Of a DNA stretch of 20,800 bases, positions 14,958 to 20,800 are shown in pieces. A program made the translations under genes and the position numbers. The first letter of the stretch is position 1; each line of letters begins with the position of its first letter. The notes under the pieces were generated by a model. It saw nothing but the letters and a program-made list of their open reading frames with translations, did not search any database and was not told where the DNA came from. Source of the DNA: an uncultured bacterium (GTDB lineage Bacteria > Schekmanbacteria > GWA2-38-11 > J061); assembly GCA_964549305.1 (NCBI GenBank), contig CAZJVM010000046.1, positions 1 through 20,800 on the forward strand. Direction: 5' to 3'.

Positions 14958-15695
14958 CTACTCCTTGACAATGTTAAGAAATATTTCTTCAAGCTTCTCA
15001 CCCACCTTTCCCTTTGCTCTTCTCAACTCATCCATATTTCCCGTGGCAGCAATTTCACCCCTGTTTATAACGGCAATCCTGTGGCAAATGGACTCGGCAA
15101 GCTCAAGAGTGTGAGTTGACAAAAATACGGTGCATCCCTTATTCGTGATTTCACTTAATATACCGCGCACAAGCTTTGCGCTTTTTGGGTCAAGTCCCAC
15201 CATTGGCTCATCAACAACAAGCAATTGGGGGTCGTGAATCAATGCCGCTGAAATCACAAGTTTCTGCTTCATTCCGTGAGAATAATTTTCCACAAGTTCA
15301 TCTGATTTTGCTTCAAGTTCGAAATCCTTAAAAAATTTCTCACTCTTCCTTTCAATATCCTCTTTACTCATCCCGAACATTTTTCCAACAAACCACAAAA
15401 CCTCGCGCCCCGTAAGCTTTTCATAAAGATAGGGTTGCTCAGGTATAAGTCCCACCATCTTCCTTATCTCCATACTTTCAGCCACAACATCCTTACCGCC
15501 TATAAGAACTTTTCCTGAAGTCGGACGAAGAAGACAGGAAATAATATTTATTGTTGTGGTTTTGCCCGCGCCGTTAGGGCCTATGAATCCGAATATTTCA
15601 CCTTTCTTTACTCTAAAAGAGAGATTTTTCAGGGCATAATTATTTCCGAATTTTCTATCTACACAATCGAACAGGATAACATCTTTCACTTCCAC
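14958..15695 (-). CDS. ABC transporter ATP-binding protein
   Basis: Walker A GPNGAGKTT, signature YSHGMKQK, Walker B LLVVDEP, H-loop LSTH; GTG start with GGAG RBS. Confidence 0.95.
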   Translation of the reverse strand: MEVKDVILFDCVDRKFGNNYALKNLSFRVKKGEIFGFIGPNGAGKTTTINIISCLLRPTSGKVLIGGKDVVAESMEIRKMVGLIPEQPYLYEKLTGREVLWFVGKMFGMSKEDIERKSEKFFKDFELEAKSDELVENYSHGMKQKLVISAALIHDPQLLVVDEPMVGLDPKSAKLVRGILSEITNKGCTVFLSTHTLELAESICHRIAVINRGEIAATGNMDELRRAKGKVGEKLEEIFLNIVKE

Positions 15696-15808
15696 AAATA
15701 TTCTCCACTATCTTTTTGTCAGAGCGGCAAGAACAATCTTCTTTTCATAAAGAAGCAAATGAAATGTTTTCGAGGTTATCGGGTTTTAGAAAACTTTTGA
15801 ATATTATA

Positions 15809-16609
15809 TCAATCATTTTCGCAAAAAAGCGGATAGTCAATGAGTTCTTTTATAGTGGGGGAATCTCCGCAGACCCGGCACGCCTTTTTCCTCCCAATGT
15901 CAATCCTTCTCAACATCATAGCAAGGGCATCAACTACGAGAATGCCGTTAATCGTGTCGCCTATTCCGAGAAGCACTTTTATCACTTCCGTTGCCTGAAT
16001 CACTCCCACGAGTCCTCCTATAGCGCCTATAACTCCTGCCTCCTGACAGGAAGGTATAGTGCCCGGTTCGGGAGGAGATTCAAAGATGCAGCGGTAACAG
16101 GGCGTTTTCCCGGGAATAACGGTAAATACCTGTCCCATAAATCTCAATATACCCGCGATGCTTAACGGTTTCCCCGTCATGACACAGGCATCGTTTACAA
16201 GAAATTTGGCGGGAAAGTTATCGCTTCCGTCAACTACTACGTCATACTCTTTTATAACATCTAAAATGTTTTCCGAAGTTAACCTGAAATCATATGTGTT
16301 TACATTGATATCGGGCGTCATCGCTTTAAGTTTTGATGCCGCTGATTCGACTTTTTTCATATTCAGGGTCTTCATATTGTGAATAATCTGTCTTTGGAGA
16401 TTACTCAGATCCACTTTATCATAGTCAACAATCCCTATGGTACCCACTCCCGACGCCCCGAGATACATAGCGCATGGCGAACCAAGTCCTCCGGCACCCA
16501 CAATCAACACCCTGGATTCAAGAAGTTTTTCCTGCCCACTGCCTGACATTTCAGGAAGGATAATCTGCCTGCTGTACCTTTCTATCTGTTCCTCGCTAAA
16601 CTTGAACAT
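15809..16609 (-). CDS. MoeB/ThiF/HesA family E1-like adenylyltransferase
   Basis: RYSRQIIL, VGAGGLGSP, DKVDLSNLQRQ, VVDGSDNF, Zn motifs CYRC and CRVC, SCQEAGV. No rhodanese domain. MoeB versus ThiF cannot be decided. Confidence 0.92.
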   Translation of the reverse strand: MFKFSEEQIERYSRQIILPEMSGSGQEKLLESRVLIVGAGGLGSPCAMYLGASGVGTIGIVDYDKVDLSNLQRQIIHNMKTLNMKKVESAASKLKAMTPDINVNTYDFRLTSENILDVIKEYDVVVDGSDNFPAKFLVNDACVMTGKPLSIAGILRFMGQVFTVIPGKTPCYRCIFESPPEPGTIPSCQEAGVIGAIGGLVGVIQATEVIKVLLGIGDTINGILVVDALAMMLRRIDIGRKKACRVCGDSPTIKELIDYPLFCEND

Positions 16610-16636
16610 AGATTTTCTTAATTTTAAGTTTCCTTT

Positions 16637-16945
16637 TTACTGAATGTAATTAAATCCGTCGGGACCGTTCTGTGATATTTTTATTTCCCCGAAGTTCATC
16701 TCGTATTTTTCGATATGCTGGCTGAGAGCGATAGAAAGTCTTTTTGCGTGCTGGGGAGTAAGAATGACCCTTGACTGAAGTTTACCGAAGGGCGGATCGA
16801 TATTGATATATATGAAATCAACGGTAAATTCATCACTGCTGTGTGAGATTTTGGCAAGATTGGAGTAAATGCCCTGAGCCACTTCGTCCTCAACTTTTAT
16901 GTTGACCTGAATCTCCCTGTCATTCCCTTTCTTTTCATCGTTCAT
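16637..16945 (-). CDS. DUF3467-like conserved hypothetical protein
   Basis: GIYSNLAKISHSSDEFTVDF...SRVILTPQHAKRLSIALSQHIEKYE.NFGEI pattern. Start moved to ATG 16945 because GGAGG at 16954-16958 sits 8 nt upstream. Confidence 0.8.
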   Translation of the reverse strand: MNDEKKGNDREIQVNIKVEDEVAQGIYSNLAKISHSSDEFTVDFIYINIDPPFGKLQSRVILTPQHAKRLSIALSQHIEKYEMNFGEIKISQNGPDGFNYIQ

Positions 16946-17044
16946 AACGAAAACCTCCAAAGTTTTTGATTATTCCGCAAAAATAAACTGCTTTCCCATT
17001 TTTTAAATTGACTCGACAACTTTTTTAAAATATTACCCCAAACT

Positions 17045-17659
17045 ATGAAAACTCTCAAACTATTAGTAGTATCAAAAAACAGGGGAAAGTTAAAAGAAAT
17101 CAAAAAAATTCTCGAAGGCCTTCCAATAGAGGTATGCCTCCTTGGCGATATGGGGAAAAGACTCGTTCTGCCCGATGAAGGCACAGATTATGAAACAAAT
17201 GCCTGTGTCAAAGCAAAAACCGCATCTGATTTTTTCCATATTCCCTCTATTGCAGACGACTCAGGAATAGAAATCGATTTTCTTGACAGCGCGCCCGGAC
17301 CCCTTTCGGCGCGTTTCGGCGGAGAAGGCATTTCTGACAAAGAGCGCAATCGCCTTATTCTCGAAAAACTGAAAGGTGTTCCCGAAGATAAAAGAGGAGC
17401 GCGCTTCAGATGTTTTATCGCGTTATCTTTTCCGGGACAAAAATGCGTCACCACTCAGGCAACATGCGAGGGAATCATAGCGGAAAAACCTTCTGGTGAA
17501 AACGGATTCGGATATGACCCTATTTTTTACATTCCTTCTCTGTGTAAAACATTCGCGGAGATAGCTGAAGATGAAAAAAACGAATTGAGTCACAGAGGAA
17601 AAGCTCTCAGAAAAGCGCGAAAACTTATTGAAGAACTTTTCATTAACAATGATAATTAG
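17045..17659 (+). CDS. rdgB: RdgB/HAM1 family non-canonical purine NTP (dITP/XTP) pyrophosphatase
   Basis: SKNRGKLKE, NACVKA, ADDSGIEI, APGPLSARF, GFGYDPIF, KNELSHRGKAL. Confidence 0.93.
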   Translation: MKTLKLLVVSKNRGKLKEIKKILEGLPIEVCLLGDMGKRLVLPDEGTDYETNACVKAKTASDFFHIPSIADDSGIEIDFLDSAPGPLSARFGGEGISDKERNRLILEKLKGVPEDKRGARFRCFIALSFPGQKCVTTQATCEGIIAEKPSGENGFGYDPIFYIPSLCKTFAEIAEDEKNELSHRGKALRKARKLIEELFINNDN

Positions 17660-18600
17660 GTCTTTATATCCAAGTCTTTAACTGAAGGAACTCCTCCCAA
17701 ACCTTTCGCGCTCAAAACGGCATCTCTTATGGCGGTTTCCACGGCATTTGAAGCGGTAGAGGAAAGAGAATCCAAATCCGCTTTTCTATCTCCCGCGGAA
17801 GCAGTAAATATTATATCGCCGTCATAAAGAGTTGCCGCGGGGTTAACCGCCCTTCGAATCCCTTCAAATGCTCTTTTGGATATATTCCCGCATTGAGCCT
17901 TTGAAAACAGGGCATCGGTAATGATAACTGAAATGACGGTATTTTTCAAAAAGCCCGTAACGATATTTCCTTTTGAAAATATTTTCGATGTGCCTGCAAA
18001 TCCTTTTCCGTCTTCACAGCGCGCGCCTGCAATGATTGTCTTGCCGTCATCGCCGATTACATCTCCGAATGAATTTACGACTGCATATGCTTCGACTTTG
18101 GCGCCATCATCAGTCTTCACGGCACAAAAACCGAATCCCCCCTTCATAGCCCTTGAAATACCGAATATCTTGCCCACAGTAGCACCCGTGCCCGCACCTA
18201 TGCTTCCCCTTTCGGGAATCTCTGCCGCGGCATTTTCGCAGGCCTTATACCCCTCCCGCGCGGAAGGTCTCACCTTTGAATCTCCGATTGCAAGATCAAA
18301 TATTATCGCTGAAGGCACTATTGGTACAACGGCAACTCCCGCATCAAATCCCTGTCCTCTTTCTTCGAGGTATTTCATTACTCCCGATGAGGAATCGAGG
18401 CCAAATGCGCTTCCCCCCGATATGCAAAGCGCGTCAATTTTCTCTACTATGTGGTCTTCGGAAAGGGGGGCAAGCTCCTTTGTCCCTGCGGCACGCCCCG
18501 CAATGAAATACGAGCAGACGGCTTTGTTTTCGAAAAGAAAGACAGTGCATCCCGTAATTGCCGAAAAATCACTGTAATGTCCTATTTTTACCCCTTTCAA
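17656..18600 (-). CDS. P1/S58 (DmpA-like) peptidase family protein
   Basis: VKIGHY...TGCTV, GTKE, SGGSAFGL, VPIVPSAIIFDL, GSIGAGTGATVGK, KGGFG, VVNSFGDV, KNTVISVI (N-T cleavage/nucleophile site), DGDIIF; TTG start with GAGGAG RBS. Confidence 0.9.
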   Translation of the reverse strand: MKGVKIGHYSDFSAITGCTVFLFENKAVCSYFIAGRAAGTKELAPLSEDHIVEKIDALCISGGSAFGLDSSSGVMKYLEERGQGFDAGVAVVPIVPSAIIFDLAIGDSKVRPSAREGYKACENAAAEIPERGSIGAGTGATVGKIFGISRAMKGGFGFCAVKTDDGAKVEAYAVVNSFGDVIGDDGKTIIAGARCEDGKGFAGTSKIFSKGNIVTGFLKNTVISVIITDALFSKAQCGNISKRAFEGIRRAVNPAATLYDGDIIFTASAGDRKADLDSLSSTASNAVETAIRDAVLSAKGLGGVPSVKDLDIKT

Positions 18601-18621
18601 AGGTTTCTCCTCGCTGTCCGG

Positions 18622-18665
18622 AAAAAATAAATAAGGCGGACATTTTTAAAATGCCCGCCTTATTT
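18622..18665 (-). terminator. Rho-independent terminator after the large surface-protein gene
   Basis: Minus-strand RNA AAAUAAGGCGGGCAUUU-UAA-AAAUGUCCGCCUUAUUU followed by AUUUUUU. The single non-Watson-Crick position (18640/18654) is a G-U pair only on the minus strand, fixing orientation. Confidence 0.85.
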
Positions 18666-18685
18666 TCAAAAGTCATTTTACGAAT

Positions 18686-20800
18686 TTAGGGTTTATCAAC
18701 AATGGCGACATCATCGAGCATCCATCCCCTGAAACCGTTGAACTGGTCATCAATCGAATCAAAAACAAAGACAATTTTTATCCAGCTGCCTACATAGGGA
18801 GCAAGATCAATCTTGTAGGGAACCCAAATAGGTATTTTGTTAAATCCCGCGGAAGTATAGGGTTTGTCATCCCGGTCCTCTACGACAGGGTCCGCGTAGG
18901 GGTTGAGCAGAAGCACATTATCCCCTTCCACAGGATTGCCGAGACTCGTACCGTGTGCAATAAGGACACGCATTCTGTCATAACCCGTCTGATTAGGTTC
19001 GACACCTTCTATTTCAAACCATGATTTGAATCTCAACTCGGGGCTCGTTCCCGACTGAATGAAAATATATGGCGAAACAACGGCACCGGAATGTCCTTCG
19101 AGCAATTCCGAAGTGCCACCTCCATTCGGGACATCATCCGCTTCCTGTTTTCCCATAAAATTTCCTGCGGTAGAATCACCGAACCACATCACCCAACTTC
19201 CCGTAGGAGGAGAAGGCAAAGCGCCTCCCGAAGTATCTCCCGGAGGAAGGCTTACATAGTCCGGTACCGCGGAATTGACTATCGAGGAAGGATTTTGCGT
19301 CCTGCTCCACGATACAGTATCAGTGGTTACCGTATCGCTTATGACGATTGACCACGGCTGACTTGAAGAAGTCGGGAAAGCCGGCAAAGTCGATTCAAAG
19401 CTGTCTGCAAAAATCAGTGAAGCCGATGTTTCCGGAGTAAGCGAGAAATCGATGTTGGAGGTGTTCGTATTTGTTATTACAGATACTCCCGTTTGCGTTG
19501 CAGGTGTGAAAAAATCGGCAAAAGCGGTCGCCGTAAATACCGGAATCGGATTGCCCAATGTATCGAATACGGGAATAGCTCCAATCGAATAAAAACCGTC
19601 GGTATCGGTTTCCGCTGTGGCGAAAACTCCGTTTGTCTGATTACCTCCGCTGATTGTTACCACCGCGCTCTTAATCGGGTCGCCGTTGTTATCATTCAGC
19701 TTTCCTGAAATGCTTCCCACGGCAACACTTTGTCCCGAAGGCGCGAGCGAAGGGTCAATATTAAGTGTCGATGTAATGTAATCAACAGAGAATGAAGAAG
19801 AATAGTCCTGATATCCCGATTTTGAAACAGCAAAACTGTAATATCCCTCAGGCAGTCCGAAAGCATAACTGCCCTTTGAATCTGAGGTAACCGTTGCACT
19901 GAAAGGAGGAGACAACTCTGTCAACTCCAAAACAGAGAGTGTCGCTCCGCCTAATGGACTCTGAGTCTGCACATCTGTAACCGTCCCAAAAAGGTTTGCA
20001 AGATTCACCTCTACGGAATTCTTCTTGTTGCTGTTGCCTGTCCATACGGCGCCCACTTCCGCTTTTCCCGAAGATGGAATTTGCGACGGTGCGGTATATA
20101 ATCCTCCAGATGTAATCGTCCCGTTTAAATTTCCGCCGCTTACCGACCAGGTCACATCCTGATTATCAGTGCCTGTAACATAGGCGGTAAATTGCTGAGT
20201 CTGCGACTGAGGAACAAAAGCGTCATCGGGGCTTATAAACACCGCTGTGGGTACTGGAAAGTTTATTGTGTTCGACTTATATGAGGGAGCGGTAAAAGAT
20301 AACATAAACTGACTTAGAAACACGGAGACATTCCCTTCCTTTGTAAGCGTATTGACGGGCACCAATACCTTTAGGGTTTTTTCATCCACATACTCGGTGG
20401 ACACTTCCTGTCCATCAACGGATGCAGTTGTTTCGGAAGTAAAATTAGTTCCCGAAATCTCCATTACAATAAAATCACTTCCTGATATGCTTTTAAAGGA
20501 AACAAATTTTATACCGCCCAAAGTAGGTGCATCGGTGGGAAGAGCAGGAGCCGTAAACCGTATAACTTCGCTGTATCTGCTAAGGGCATAGATGTTGTTG
20601 CAAAGGTCAAGCTCGAAGCCTTCGAGTTTGTCAAGTTTCGGATCGGAAAGCTCGCCATAACTGCTTCCCGCAGGATCGAATATTTCAATGTAGTCTGAAC
20701 GTTCGCCTATAAAGACATTGCCCCTGTAATCAACAGCTACTCCCGTGCTTCCCCAATGATTCAATGTGGCGAATACCGACGCGGTTCCACTGCCACCGGG
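18686..20800 (-). CDS. Large multi-domain extracellular/surface protein (partial, N-terminus beyond window): NHL-like propeller end, IPT/TIG, Ig-like, two carboxypeptidase-regulatory-like beta-sandwiches, C-terminal jelly-roll domain
   Basis: Frame is open to base 20800 (PGGSGTASVFATLNHWGSTG...). GVAVDYRGNVFI (NHL), EISGTNFT...VDG (IPT), QQFTAYVTG..NQDVTWSV...GTITSGGLYTAP (Ig), GTVTD...PLGGATL and GSISGKLND.NGDPIKSAVV (CarboxypepD_reg-like), DSFES...DLAPYVG...GWMLDDVAI (MAM/InhA-like jelly roll). Ser/Thr/Gly-rich. Confidence 0.8.
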   Translation of the reverse strand, partial: PGGSGTASVFATLNHWGSTGVAVDYRGNVFIGERSDYIEIFDPAGSSYGELSDPKLDKLEGFELDLCNNIYALSRYSEVIRFTAPALPTDAPTLGGIKFVSFKSISGSDFIVMEISGTNFTSETTASVDGQEVSTEYVDEKTLKVLVPVNTLTKEGNVSVFLSQFMLSFTAPSYKSNTINFPVPTAVFISPDDAFVPQSQTQQFTAYVTGTDNQDVTWSVSGGNLNGTITSGGLYTAPSQIPSSGKAEVGAVWTGNSNKKNSVEVNLANLFGTVTDVQTQSPLGGATLSVLELTELSPPFSATVTSDSKGSYAFGLPEGYYSFAVSKSGYQDYSSSFSVDYITSTLNIDPSLAPSGQSVAVGSISGKLNDNNGDPIKSAVVTISGGNQTNGVFATAETDTDGFYSIGAIPVFDTLGNPIPVFTATAFADFFTPATQTGVSVITNTNTSNIDFSLTPETSASLIFADSFESTLPAFPTSSSQPWSIVISDTVTTDTVSWSRTQNPSSIVNSAVPDYVSLPPGDTSGGALPSPPTGSWVMWFGDSTAGNFMGKQEADDVPNGGGTSELLEGHSGAVVSPYIFIQSGTSPELRFKSWFEIEGVEPNQTGYDRMRVLIAHGTSLGNPVEGDNVLLLNPYADPVVEDRDDKPYTSAGFNKIPIWVPYKIDLAPYVGSWIKIVFVFDSIDDQFNGFRGWMLDDVAIVDKP

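Noticed and set aside
16946-16960. TTG start at 16960 for the DUF3467-like gene
   Set aside because: That stretch contains the GGAGG RBS for the ATG at 16945.
20764-20800. TTG at 20764 as start of the surface protein
   Set aside because: The frame continues to the window edge with no stop, and no signal peptide follows the TTG.
1-20800. CRISPR arrays, tRNA/rRNA, IS elements, integrases, phage or defence genes
   Set aside because: No regularly spaced repeats, cloverleaf/rRNA signatures, transposase or integrase motifs seen by eye; nearly all sequence is accounted for by the listed CDSs.

Overview
Bacterial genomic window, moderately AT-rich, mostly minus-strand genes. I found no RNA genes, CRISPR arrays or mobile elements. 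The left end (1-3183) is a small redox cluster: a 5'-truncated TrxB-fold flavoprotein (FNR type) converging on a 58-aa four-Cys microprotein missing from the ORF track, a cytochrome b5-like protein, a nitroreductase and a REC-histidine kinase. The centre (3353-12701, minus strand) is the most interesting part. A tightly packed run encodes an ICMT-family methyltransferase, a stand-alone FabF-type ketosynthase, a multi-TM/GAF sensor kinase, an unusual degenerate REC/AAA+/HisKA chimera and an NtrC-type sigma54 activator. Downstream is a consensus sigma54 promoter, with candidate enhancer and IHF sites, in front of a REC-HD-GYP phosphodiesterase and a CxxC/HxxH hypothetical protein. I infer, without proof, a self-contained lipid-signal (quorum-sensing-like) circuit feeding c-di-GMP turnover. 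The right side is more ordinary: ABC transporter pair, MoeB/ThiF adenylyltransferase, DUF3467-like protein, RdgB, S58/P1 peptidase, an intrinsic terminator and a partial large multi-domain surface protein.
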